Shown here: piece by piece, positions 22,045-33,317 of the stretch
Layout of the letters: each line of letters opens with the position of its first letter
Numbering within the stretch: the first letter of the stretch is position 1
NCBI GenBank assembly: GCA_002256025.1
Contig: NKIB01013469.1
Location: 1-56,822 of the forward strand
Origin: Asterionella formosa
Taxonomy: Eukaryota
Direction of reading: 5' to 3'
Length of the DNA stretch: 56,822 nucleotides
Made by a program: the position numbers and the translations under genes
Notes under the pieces: model-generated
What the model saw: only the letters and a program-made list of their open reading frames with translations
Database searches by the model: none
Told to the model about the DNA's origin: nothing

Positions 22045-23682
22045 CTACACTGCCAATTGCACGCGATAACCACTGCCCTCACTCGGGTCGAACGATGCGT
22101 CCAAAATCCATTGGTCATCGCCCACTTGAACGGCAACCATCGTCTCCGTTCCAACCACGTGAATTATAGAAATGTTTTCTCGCAAGTGCAATGGTATATC
22201 TTGCCCACGAAGAAAGTCTTTTAGCTTGATTGAATGATTATCGACACGCCAAGATGGAGTGAAAAACCAATTCCTGGCCTTTGCTGCTGTTGATCTCACA
22301 AAGCTCAATTCTTTGGAAGCTATTCTAATCACCAAAGAATCTTCCCTTTTCCCATCTCCGACACAAATGCTCCATGAAAGTAATTGATCCTCCAGACTAC
22401 GAGTAATTCCCAATGATTCATGCTTCATATCAAGAATCTTGCCATTCCGAATCACATTCCAACCACCGCCAACGTGCAAAGTCCACTGCTTACGGATGGT
22501 GAAATATTGCAGCTGATAGCAGATGCGCATAAGTTGATCATAAGGAAGTGTTTTCATACGCTCTGTTGCCCACATATGTAGTGCTTCCTTCTCTACAACA
22601 TTCAACTTCGGGCTATCTGGCAACGGAAAGTAGCCATCCACAGTATCCTGAAGATAAATCTTGGCCCTTGCTTCCAAATCAATTTGTAGCTCAGAGCTCT
22701 GATGCATCAATTGGTCAAGGCGTTTCTCCAAAATACTTTCGCCACCTGCAATATCAGCCATAAGAGGCATTAACTCATTTCGGACTCGATTCCGCTTGTA
22801 TTTATCTAAGCCGTTGCTCGAGTCCTCGCGCCAAGGTAGCTGGTGTGATTCCAAAAATGTTCGAATCTGAACTTTTGAGAGTCTCAGCATGGGCCTTCCC
22901 AAAATAGCATTTTGCATGCTCACATAAAGTTCCATTCCAGTCAAGTTAGTTATGTGAACACCTCTCAGGAGCTTCAGCAGCAAAGTCTCCATTGAATCAT
23001 CCTTGTGGTGCGCTGTCAAAATCACGCCTTGTTGGTTGGGTCGGAGAGTCTCGAGGAGACTGCACATTGTATTGATTCTCCAAGTTCGTCCGACTTCTTG
23101 AGAGAAAGAATTTTCTGCATCCCAGTAGTGAATATGTAATGGCACTCCGAGTGTTTTGCACAGTTCTGTGACAAAATCTCTGTCTCCGTCAGACTCGACT
23201 CCTCGCTGTTTGTGGTCAAAGTGAACAGCACGGAGCTCTATTTTGTTCGGCAGGCTTTCGTTGAATATCACTGGGAAAATCTGAACCAAAGCATGTAGCA
23301 ACCCGACGGAATCACATCCACCACTAAGGCCTACCAGCAAAAGAGTAGGCTCATCCGAATCGCTGTGATTTACCTGCTGCAATATCTCAGACAGAGACTG
23401 TTGAACTTGATTGAGAACGAATTTGGTCGATTGAGTAGCATGATCTCCATATGTGTTTTCATTGCTAGTTGAGGAAAGCCGACAATTTTTCCATGGTCTT
23501 TGTCGAGCCACCAGTCTTTTGGGGTAATGAACTTTCATATCTCTGGAAAAGGCTGCGCCTGCAGATTTGAAGGATCTCGAAGGACTTGCGACCATCCATC
23601 GATGAGCGACATGACGATGCATGGATTCCAATGCAATGGACGGACAAATCAAGGCAAGAAGCACTGTGAGTTTGACAATCAT
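22045..23682 (-). CDS. tilS: tRNA(Ile)-lysidine synthase, organelle-targeted
   Basis: PP-loop SGGCDS, HFDH, TAHH.DD..ET.L.KL.RG, RP.L and W.EDSSN....Y.RNRVR, plus a C-terminal KLKDFLR...IP...R domain. The likely start is MIVKLTVLLALICPSIA (signal peptide). Confidence 0.93.
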   Translation of the reverse strand: MIVKLTVLLALICPSIALESMHRHVAHRWMVASPSRSFKSAGAAFSRDMKVHYPKRLVARQRPWKNCRLSSTSNENTYGDHATQSTKFVLNQVQQSLSEILQQVNHSDSDEPTLLLVGLSGGCDSVGLLHALVQIFPVIFNESLPNKIELRAVHFDHKQRGVESDGDRDFVTELCKTLGVPLHIHYWDAENSFSQEVGRTWRINTMCSLLETLRPNQQGVILTAHHKDDSMETLLLKLLRGVHITNLTGMELYVSMQNAILGRPMLRLSKVQIRTFLESHQLPWREDSSNGLDKYKRNRVRNELMPLMADIAGGESILEKRLDQLMHQSSELQIDLEARAKIYLQDTVDGYFPLPDSPKLNVVEKEALHMWATERMKTLPYDQLMRICYQLQYFTIRKQWTLHVGGGWNVIRNGKILDMKHESLGITRSLEDQLLSWSICVGDGKREDSLVIRIASKELSFVRSTAAKARNWFFTPSWRVDNHSIKLKDFLRGQDIPLHLRENISIIHVVGTETMVAVQVGDDQWILDASFDPSEGSGYRVQLAV

Positions 23683-24457
23683 GTAAGGCTCATGCGACGA
23701 CTGGACATCGCGATTCCTTATATCATGGCAGTATTGTCTCGTCGAAGTTATGTGTGCGCTGCCATCGGTAGAAAACCACCAACACATATTTTATTTAGCT
23801 AAATGCATTCTCGAAAGTGGTGTTTGGTCCATAATACCAGGATCTACATTATTGTTGAAATTCTACCAAAGTACCGGTAGTATTTTCCTTTGCGCAACAG
23901 GGCTCCGGATGTGTTCTACCAGTCCTCTATATCCGGGTACCTGGTACTGAATGAACCGAAAATCCGTGGGTATTCTTCGTGGTTCTTATCATTTTCGATT
24001 TGCTATCATATGTTTTGAAAAAAGTATCATGCACCAGCTACTCGATTTAAACCGAAAAAATCCATTGCTTCTCCACAAAAACAAAAACAAAATGTATCAC
24101 GAAAATTCAACTGTTATGGGCTTGCTACAATCATGTGCATATTTTATCCCTCCAGGCTTCCCTCATCAAGACTATTTTGATACACTTCTGCTTGCTATCT
24201 CCTTCCAGGTTGACAAGCACCATATCAGCATTATCAGTGCCCAACGACAAACAAGTGGATCAATATTGGACTGAAGGTGCTGTGAATATCAATGATGGCA
24301 ATGATGATGATGATGATGGTGATGATGTTGTCTGTGAACAATTTTTTGGAAATGAAAACAACCATCAATTCTTTGATGATGATGACCATCATCAATTCTT
24401 TGTCCTTTGTCATCTAGCTCTGGAGGCTGAAATGACAGTTTAAAACAGGAAGGCGAC

Positions 24458-24559
24458 ATGGAGCACAAGAGAATGTCATGGCATTCTCATGTCAAGAATC
24501 TGTGTCATGACAATGCTTTTGAACAGACTTATAAAATGCCTTTTCAAGCCTTTATGTAG
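24458..24559 (+). pseudogene. N-terminal remnant of a PIF/Harbinger-type transposase
   Basis: Reads EHKRMSWHSHVKNLCHDNAFEQTYKMPFQAF*, resembling the W..HV..L.....F...Y(R/K)M....F block of Harbinger transposases. It follows an Asp-rich stretch at about 24290-24400. Confidence 0.45.
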
Positions 24560-24917
24560 GTCTGTACTAAATCTATGAGGCATTTTGTCAGGATAAGAGT
24601 GTTACTCACATTCTCATCAACCAAATATTGAAAGATGACAGTGGTGGTGGGCATCCAGCACAACTACACCAGCCATGTTTAGCTAGATTATACAGATACT
24701 ACTAAATAGTAACAAAGATGCTTACTATATTAAATTCTACTTTCATTTTCAATGTAAATTTTTATTTCATTGCCTGCTTACCCAGTATATACATCAGACC
24801 GGTTAAATGTGCATTACACATGACAAAGCTAGCAAAATCCAGCAGTACCAGGGACTGGTAGCAGGTACCGGCAGTACTTCATTAAAACAGCACCCTGGTC
24901 ATGAGAGGTACCTGGTA

Positions 24918-25179
24918 CTGGTACCACCTAAAAACTGAGAGTCAACATTTCATAACTCCTTCTTCTGACTAAAATTATATAAGTTTATTAAATGATAAAA
25001 TTTGAAACAAGTACGAACTTTATTGTAGTCAATAGAATGAGGATAGCTATCATTTAATCAGTTCTGAAGTAGAACATACAGCTATGGAGATTTAAGCCAT
25101 TTAACTTTATCAATGTTGACTCATAACATTGTCTTTCAGTATCTTCCAAACATCAACTCTCAGTTTTTAGGTGGTACTG
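24918..25179. mobile_element. Tc1/mariner-type MITE (about 260 bp)
   Basis: TIR GTACCACCTAAAAACTGAGAGT (24921-24942) against ACTCTCAGTTTTTAGGTGGTAC (25156-25177). The right end reads ...ACTG|TA, and a TA lies at 24916-24917. Confidence 0.75.
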
Positions 25180-26697
25180 TACCGCCCACTCACACACTAT
25201 TTATAGTCCAGTCCATATTTTGTATGTGCGTCATGCTAGTAAAATAATAGTGCACTGCCTTTCACTACAACAAAAATGGTAGTATTGGGGGAAGATTAAT
25301 TGTCAATACTGGCACAGTACTACCATTGATATGGACAAGAAATGTTAGTAATATTTCACAAATTTTGTGTACCCCACTGCATACAATTTTGAGTCTAATC
25401 AATTCAGGTTTCAACACTGCCTCCATTTTGCAAAATCGGTACCAAATGGCAGCAAAATGAACCGATATTTATTCAAAATTAAACTGAGAGGGACAGACGT
25501 CAGACTGTAGACAAACCCTACATATTTTAACTTTTCCACATGCATTGTGGACAAAAGAACTCATAGCCATCATATCACATGCAATCTTCACCATAGTCAA
25601 ACATTTGTATTTTCCGGGTTGTTTTAGCCTTTTTTCCTGCAGGTAAAACGTCTTCTTCGAGTTTCACCAAAATTTTAGTGGAGTCTGTCAACAAATGTTT
25701 ATAATTGCCTATTGGCCTGCCCTTATACTTTGATTCTGAAATTTACCACGTTTACTGATAGTGGGCTGCCTCATCCCCCATTCCATTATCCTCTGTTTCT
25801 GAATCATCCTTCATTATTGTTCAGTTCTTGTTGTAACAAATGCGAAGCAAAACTTGTTAGTAATGTTTTGCTTATAATAATTACTTCTCTTAGCCAAACT
25901 GTAACAGGAGAAGATGTCAATAATAAATTGAAGACATTCTCTATGATGAACATAATCACTTGTCTTTTGATGCCACATTGTCTGTGTCAGCAAAATTACT
26001 GCAACCTGCAGCAATCCCTGTCCTACTAGCTCTATGAAAAACACGCAAAAAAAAGATCGGGTTCAACTATTTCTAGAATAATTAGAGTATATATTATGTG
26101 CATCATTCGATTTGAAATAAGTTTTTAACATGAAGGGCTGTTGACCTGGCACTTCGTGAGAGGCAGTGACCTAAGTCTAGTTGCCACTATAATGGAACCA
26201 AGGGAGCAGGATCTTGAGACCTTATGTTCACTAATTTAACTGATTCAAATTTTGTTCAGGTGAATGAAGAGACAAATCTTTGCCAACAAGCTAAAACTGG
26301 GTTTGATTTCATTATTCTCGAAGAATTTGTCTGAAAGTAGGGCAATGGCAGAATCAACGTTTTGAACTCTTACTGGTTGTCAATATACCTGTACAATGCA
26401 TAGAAGCTGATGGTATTTCACTCTGCAATTTGAGGGCAACTGTCAGTGTCCTATTGCAAAACGAAAATTACTTTGGACAACAAGAGAAGACTTGACGAGT
26501 AAAATGGTTTTCCCTATTTTCTGAACTATTTTTGGTTGCTGCAGATTCAAAATATAGGAATGAATTTTGTAATCATTTGTTTCATGTACACCAAAGCCAC
26601 CTCTTGAATGCACGTTTCTTCTCAAGAAGTTGTGCTTGTGTCTCTAATTTCATTAGTAGGCCCGAGCCCTCAAGCCTTTCTTCAAAATTGGAACAAA

Positions 26698-27125
26698 CTA
26701 TGCATGCACACCTTGTGGAATGATCCCTGGAGCTTCGTAAGCACCAGCCGAAAATAAGTCGTCTGTAGCATACTCGGCCTGACCACCATTATTTGCTAAC
26801 TTTGCAAGTCGTCTCTGCCGTTGCCTTTCTTGCGCTCGCTTAGCACGAAAATAATTTCCAATACAAAGGACGGTGATGAATCCAACCAAAAATGCCGAAA
26901 AGCAAATAGCCTGGGTAGAAATACGCACATGGTTGAGGTCTCAATTGAAAGAAAGCGCTTCTTCCATCATTAAATAACAACCTATGCCAATACATCTTCC
27001 ATGAAGGTCTGCAATCACCGGCAATCAGAAAATGACAACCCAATGACATCAGCCAATGCTTTCGAATTGTAAACACTCACCAATATAACTTCAAAGATAG
27101 AGCGTCCTCGTGATCGATATGTCAT
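26698..27125 (-). CDS. Small single-pass membrane protein (about 85 aa), 2 exons: 27125-27081 and 26910-26698
   Basis: ATG exon MTYRSRGRSIFEVIL, a GTGAGT donor and a CCCAG acceptor give an in-frame continuous TM helix followed by a basic tail (RAKRAQERQRQRR). Confidence 0.6.
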
Positions 27126-27335
27126 CGCTGCCACTGACAAGAATAGCTGTTGAAGGGGAAATATTGAGGAATAGAAGGCGACCGTCTACAGGCTGAATAG
27201 AATGGAAACAAACCAACCAATAATCAGAAAAAAATTGAATGATCAAGGACGAGGCCCCGGTCATCTAATATGTAGAATAAAACATATGATATACTACTTG
27301 GGAGTATGTATGATGAGAAACGCGGCGATGTATAC

Positions 27336-27930
27336 TACCAGGTACCATGTACTATAGGGGGATACCAGTATTCAGGTCTGATGATGGTCTTGCTCAACAT
27401 CATGAACTCCGGCGTGACATCACGATTCTTCCCAACAAGCGTACCTGGTACCGTACCTGGCAAGCTGCTGTCATTTTGCTTGAACTATCATGTTAATCTG
27501 GGATAAAAGAAAACTAAAACTTTCGTTTCAGTTAACTTGTTGTACCAGGTACCTGGTACCCTTAACGTTCCACCACTATCGCCTCATTTCGGACATGTCA
27601 TCACACCAGGTAACTGGTACCAGGTACCATACCGGGAACCGGAAGCTACATGGGGAGTACCTGTTACCAGGTAGGTATTTGTCCCTGGTGCTACGGTACC
27701 ATTACCAGTACCAGTAGTCAGTCTACACCAAGGTACCAGGGAGTACGCGCAAGTTGCTTGCCGTAATTGTGCTGAAGCTAAATATGTATCTATCTTTATC
27801 CCATATTAAATTGTTGATTTAAGCAAAATGACCGCAACTTGCAGGGACCTGGTACGGGTACGTACTGGCTGTTATAAAAAATTATTATTCTTTCTGTTTT
27901 TCGATAAAAGAATACATAGTACCAGGTACT
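27336..27930. promoter_or_regulatory. Dense TACCAGG/CCTGGTA motif cluster
   Basis: More than 10 copies, including the palindrome GTACCAGGTACCTGGTAC at 27542-27559. It lies upstream of the small membrane protein gene. Confidence 0.4.
27749..27842. repeat. About 94-bp MITE-like element with GCAAGTTGC/GCAACTTGC inverted ends; sister at 4418-4500
   Basis: A 9-bp terminal inverted repeat and internal similarity to 4418-4500. Confidence 0.6.
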
Positions 27931-28885
27931 CCCTGTGTGCGTTCATGAATACCTTAAGTAGTTGCACCCAAACTTTGCGGAGCGTTATTCTCGCCTAAAT
28001 ATAACCGACGCCCCTGTCGCCTGTATTGCTTCGACAGAGGGCTGCCTTCTTTTGAGAACGTGGATCGAGGAGGCAACTACGCATGAATAGAGGGAGTACA
28101 TAAACACAGGTACAATGTTCGACAATGCAGGGGTTTTATTATATAATTTCCCTCTTCCATCTGATCATCAGTTGATCCTGGGTCTGATCTTGAGCACATC
28201 ACACGAGGTACAAAATGTTTAAAAGTGTGACAGTTTAGGTCCACAGAACGAACGTCGCCAACGGACGGGATTGCCTACAGGGCCACGTGTATGTATCACT
28301 ACGATGTGATTCTTCAGGATGAAGAACCGTGTATTGGATCACTATTAAGGGTGAAAATCCAACCGGTACATAAATCCCAGGCGATGCAACGAAGCGAAAC
28401 GAAACGATTGCCTGCGGGGTGATCTTGGGACCTGGCCCTCCTTTTTTTCTCAACAGAGCTCGTACCGGTAGTTCCATTGAGTATAAGTTGTGGAGGAAGA
28501 TGCTGTAATTCTTTTTGTACTATCCTTTAAAATTAGATTGTTTGACAAGATAATCATTTTTTAGGAAGCTGTTAGTGGTAGCCGCTTAATCATTTGAAGA
28601 TGCCACCAGCTTATTCATAACTGAAATGCAAATCACTGATGAACTACGAGCACTTCACGAATGTGTAGATTTTGAGGGTATTATATCACCATAATGTGAG
28701 ACAAGTTTCCCCGATGAGTTAGAGCCAAAGTTCTTGTTATCCTGGGCATTCACCTAGTTGACTTATTTCATCCCAGATATAGAATTTCTAGTTGTGGGAA
28801 TAATTGAAAGCTGGGATATTTTCACTACCATGCATGGCTTCAATTTTTAAATAATCTATGGGAAGGGATATGAGTTTGCATCAAC

Positions 28886-30113
28886 CTATACCTTTCGATG
28901 CATTATTCTCACTGACTGGACAAAAGAAAGCTTTGTGGGGCTCGACGACTGATCAGTAAAATCAGAACTAAATTCAATATTGCTGAATTGTTCTTTTGGT
29001 GAATCGCATCTCACTAGCACTGGAAACTTGGGACTTCGACTTAATGACGACTCGCCTCCAACGAATTCAAATTGTGCTTGTATCTCGAGCAATTCCCCTG
29101 GGCCCAAAGTCTCGACTGACCAAGTTACAATTCGTTTCATTGAGTCCCAAACCCCACCATTTCTCGACAGTCGAACGCTTTCTCCATGCACGTCGGGAGG
29201 GATTGCTATTATAATAGCTACATGAATCAAGGATTGCATCCGTTCTGGATTTGATCGGATTTTGATGCCCAGTCGACAATGTTGCTTTGCCACTTGGACT
29301 TTGGTCTTTACCAACTGATAAGAATCAATAGGTTTTTAGCATGAATTTTGAATGGAATTCTAGTTTCGTGCAATGTTCTAGTCCGACTTACCAAAGGAAT
29401 CGGTCTCAATTTTGGGTCGCACTGGTATGTAAAAATTTTGAGTTGCTTACAGGAGCCTTCAGGTAATGTCACTCGCAGTACTCGAATCCCGTCATCTACG
29501 ATAGTACTCGCATTACTTTGCGTTATATCTTGGCATAGTCTGGGATCTGAATCGAAAGTGGCAATAATATTGTCGTCGTCACGCACCACCAAGCAAAATG
29601 GTGCATCACTAGTTGATTGAACCTGTCAGCGCGTTTGACACGAGAGACGACAAGAATCATTTATTAGCAAGATTGGCATGTTATACAGAGCAGATATCGT
29701 TGTACCAATTACAGAAAACATACATGCACGGATCCCTCAACTTGGCAATTTGGCGGCACCTCCGAGTTTCCATCATAAAGACTTGTTAATTGCTCGTGTA
29801 CTGCTACAACAACCTTGCTGACGTTGTCGTCGCTTTCTTTTTCTGATGTGCTAGTCGTAACGAAGGGATCATCAACAAACAAGTACGGCGCCTCAACGAT
29901 TTCTTTCCCTATTTCGTCAGGCGATATTGCGCTGAACGCAAAAGGGTCAGATTCAAATGTCGTATTTAACGCCGAAGCATTAGAATTGAAATCGTAAAAT
30001 TCGGACCCCCATTCTCCTGCGTTGGATATAGCCTGACCCTCTGCGTCGGAGGGTGACCATTCTTGGTCATCGTTGCCTGTTTCAGCAAATGGATCGAAAG
30101 CGTCGTGTGACAT
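28886..30113 (-). CDS. DPF-motif plus mu-homology-domain (muniscin/stonin/AP-mu-like) protein A, 3 exons: 30113-29724, 29622-29392 and 29314-28886, about 349 aa
   Basis: Acidic N-terminus with three DPF motifs. MHD-like pattern V.V.HEQ...VEGSV, PIPLLV, WD..KRIVTW and FPV.VRC. Both introns are phase 0 and GT-AG. Confidence 0.82.
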
Positions 30114-30808
30114 GTGTGAAAAACTTTTGGCTGGCCGGTGGGAGGAGTTCGGAGCAGGAGGCGTACTGTGGCGACAATTGTTGGAGCTGATTTGGCAGAT
30201 TTAACGGACAGGCAGCGAGTGAGCCTGCCGCCTCTCCGTACTGCATCTCTTTTTAGCCTTGCTTCCTGTTGGGTCTTCATGCATAAGCAATACTGTACGT
30301 AGTACACCGCTGCTACTGGTACCTGGTACCAGAGAGATGTTTGGTCTGCCTGGTAACTCCTGGTATCGTACCAGGACAAGCATACCGCATACCTGGAGTC
30401 AGTGGTTACCAGGGTAAAATGACAGAAACAGGTACCGGTATACCAGTATATGGGTAGAAATCTTTTTCTGACATGCTCGGCATCACGGAAGCACTTTCTC
30501 CCTTTCAACGGACATTATGTACAACCTCCATCAATGTATTTATTTGAAAAGAATTGTAGGCGTGCCTTGTGCCCTCTACACAAAACATGGTACCTCATTA
30601 TTACTGCCAAGTGTACAATGCATGCAGTGCCGACCAACACGGCGACCATGCATTGAACGAAGAATTCAACCGAGAGATGAACACGCTAACGGTATCCCTT
30701 ACTGGTGTTAAATCTTAGCAGGTGTTTACAATCCACACCAGACGACGTTCACGAGATAAATTTTCTTGATCAATTACTCTCAGAAAGAAGTTGAAGTAAC
30801 AAGAAGGC

Positions 30809-31861
30809 ATGAGAAAAGAAGAGATCCCGGACGGCTTTGCAGATGTAGTGGACGACAACGGATTCAGCAATGATTTTTTTGATCCGTTCGGCCTCGGCGC
30901 TGATGCAATGCCCCGCAACTTTCTGACAGACGATACATCGAGTACAGGCTCGCCTCACCCTCCGCCAGCGGTCAATCGATTGAACCGATCCACTGAATCG
31001 AAACAAACTCCGGAATTTCTACCTGGAGAGCAACCGTCTTCTCCAGACGCTTCATTTTCCATCCAGAAATCGATTGCTTTACCTCCAAAGATAATGGTGA
31101 AATTCAGTATTCACGAAGAAGTATCTTCCCTAGCTAAGTTTGGTGTAGAAAATGAAGGAGCATCTGAAGTCCATGTTGAAGGAAAGTTACATGCTCAAAT
31201 TCAATCATCGGATGCACTCAAGAATGTACCTTTTGCATTAGTAGCTTCAACCCTAAAAGGCGGGAGGATTCAATTTAGCCCAAACACAGATTACGTACTG
31301 GAGCCCTCCCGTCCCTCGCAATCAATACCAGCTCAAACACTGCACATAGTCAACATTCCAAAACTGGAGATTGGAAGTGTTCCTCTGGGGTCGTATGTCT
31401 TTTCGGAACAAGTGCGACACATGCCGTTGTTGGTTGAACGAAAAGTGACAATTCATCAAAGTGTTGTCCGAATAGCTGTCCAAGTGCGATCGAAACTTTC
31501 CAACAAGGGAGACTTGCATGATTTCACTATAGCTGTCGCATTGCCTGAGCGAGTCAATATTGAGACAGTGGAATTGGTTAAAGGGAAGGGTAGTGTTGAC
31601 GAGTTGAAGCGAACTATCAAATGGACTATGCCTGATTTGACCACCGGAGAATCATTCATGGTCAGTGCACACGCGAAGCTGTGGACGGAAGCAACAAGTG
31701 ATGATGAGTCCACCCTTAGATTTCCAGTTTTATTGAGATGCAGTTCGTCCGTTGATCAAATAAGCAGTATAGAGGTCAGAGCAACAGAGGCGGACGACTT
31801 CCCTGCCACTGTATCATTCAGTAGAGCTCATACTTTTCGATTGCTCCACCGTCTCACGTAA
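30809..31861 (+). CDS. DPF-motif plus mu-homology-domain protein B (350 aa, intronless), paralog of protein A
   Basis: FDPF in the acidic N-terminus. Motifs HEE...VEGKLH, HMPLLV, KRTIKW, FPVLLRC and RLLHR. Confidence 0.82.
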   Translation: MRKEEIPDGFADVVDDNGFSNDFFDPFGLGADAMPRNFLTDDTSSTGSPHPPPAVNRLNRSTESKQTPEFLPGEQPSSPDASFSIQKSIALPPKIMVKFSIHEEVSSLAKFGVENEGASEVHVEGKLHAQIQSSDALKNVPFALVASTLKGGRIQFSPNTDYVLEPSRPSQSIPAQTLHIVNIPKLEIGSVPLGSYVFSEQVRHMPLLVERKVTIHQSVVRIAVQVRSKLSNKGDLHDFTIAVALPERVNIETVELVKGKGSVDELKRTIKWTMPDLTTGESFMVSAHAKLWTEATSDDESTLRFPVLLRCSSSVDQISSIEVRATEADDFPATVSFSRAHTFRLLHRLT

Positions 31862-32104
31862 TTGCAGCATTATATACGTTGATTTTACTATTTTGATGTT
31901 TAAGTGTCACCATGCTTTTTCGATGGCAAGAGATTTGGACGACTTCCCCAGTCCAACCTTTTGTACCAAGCCTTTCAAAGACTTCTTCCTATCTCAGTTT
32001 TTCCATTTCAAAGGGTTGCTTCAAAAATAACCTAGACAACTAGTCATTAGTTTTTTCAGACTAAACTACATATCATTGCAGAACCATCAGACATTACATG
32101 TTTC

Positions 32105-33297
32105 AGTGTGCATTCAATAAGATAAAGATGAATTTGGCTGTGCCCATTTATTGGTTTTTTCATGGAAACAATTGGGTCAGATATTGCCCATGATTAAAAT
32201 AAATTTTTTATATTTCAAATGTTCGCATATTGGCAATACAGTTTATGCCAATTGCCCCTTGGTTTTCCAGCCCTGTGAATGCCAAAATTAGCAGGGGGTC
32301 TGCTTAAGGAAATCATTTTATATACTCTACAGATTTGATTAACATATATCTAGTATTTACTCTGTTTTGCTCATCTCCTGAAAAATGACTTCGGAAATTC
32401 ACCTTTTGCCATGCCGTTCATTGTCCATCATGACCAGTCTGAAGCAACACAAGTTCATTGATGAGGCCTGTAGTGATTTGTCATCAAACAGATGTAGTTG
32501 GTTGTTGGATTGCTTTTGTTTTCACATGGGAAAAATTTAGTCGATTTATCCATATTTCTTCAGACAAAAAATGATTCCAATGTATCTGACGTTGGCAGCA
32601 AGTTTTTGCTTTGGTCATTTATGTGCTTAATGGATATTCTACTCATTTAGCCTCCATACATGCATGCTACTCAAGCAAACAACCATGCATGGTTTGAGCT
32701 AAAATTTAATGCTTACTTTAAACATGTTGTTATAATATGCAATGGAATGATCAGGGTTGTTTGGTGGGAGGAATGACGACTGTGGGCGGAAGGATTGCTA
32801 CTTGTGTCAGGCTACTACAACTAGGTGCATGGTTGCAACAAGCAGATCATCTACACTACATAACAATGCAGATCTCAGCCAGTTGGGTTCACCTTCTTTC
32901 CTGTATTATTTTGATCTTCAATGTGTGATGGAAAGTCAATGTTGCCTGTGTAAGTACTACAATGCATACAACATCTCCACTGAAACTCCTATTTTTCGCT
33001 TCAATTCTAACCCAAAACAATTTTTTCTATTTCTCATTTTATGCTATTCATTACATTTCATGTCATACTATGGTTGCTCCAAACATCATGTTCAATTTTC
33101 ATTGATATTTTATGTTACAATCATTCTCATGTGTTTGATGCTTGTTTTACCATTTCTATGCATATTACCGTTATTCTGGCTGCCATGCCAAAATCTGCAA
33201 TTTTAATTCCAAAAAATTTGATATGCCCCATATTGCCCCAAAATAAAATTACTTAAAAGTACCAGAATGGCAAGAAGATACTAGCTGGAGCGGGAAT
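32105..33297. repeat. Non-coding dispersed repeat family, copy B (inverted relative to copy A); contains the empty Harbinger site
   Basis: Reverse-complement alignment to 10836-14491, with an extra segment of about 190 bp near 32400-32590. Confidence 0.85.
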
Positions 33298-33317
33298 TGA
33301 TATACTGGTATATATAT

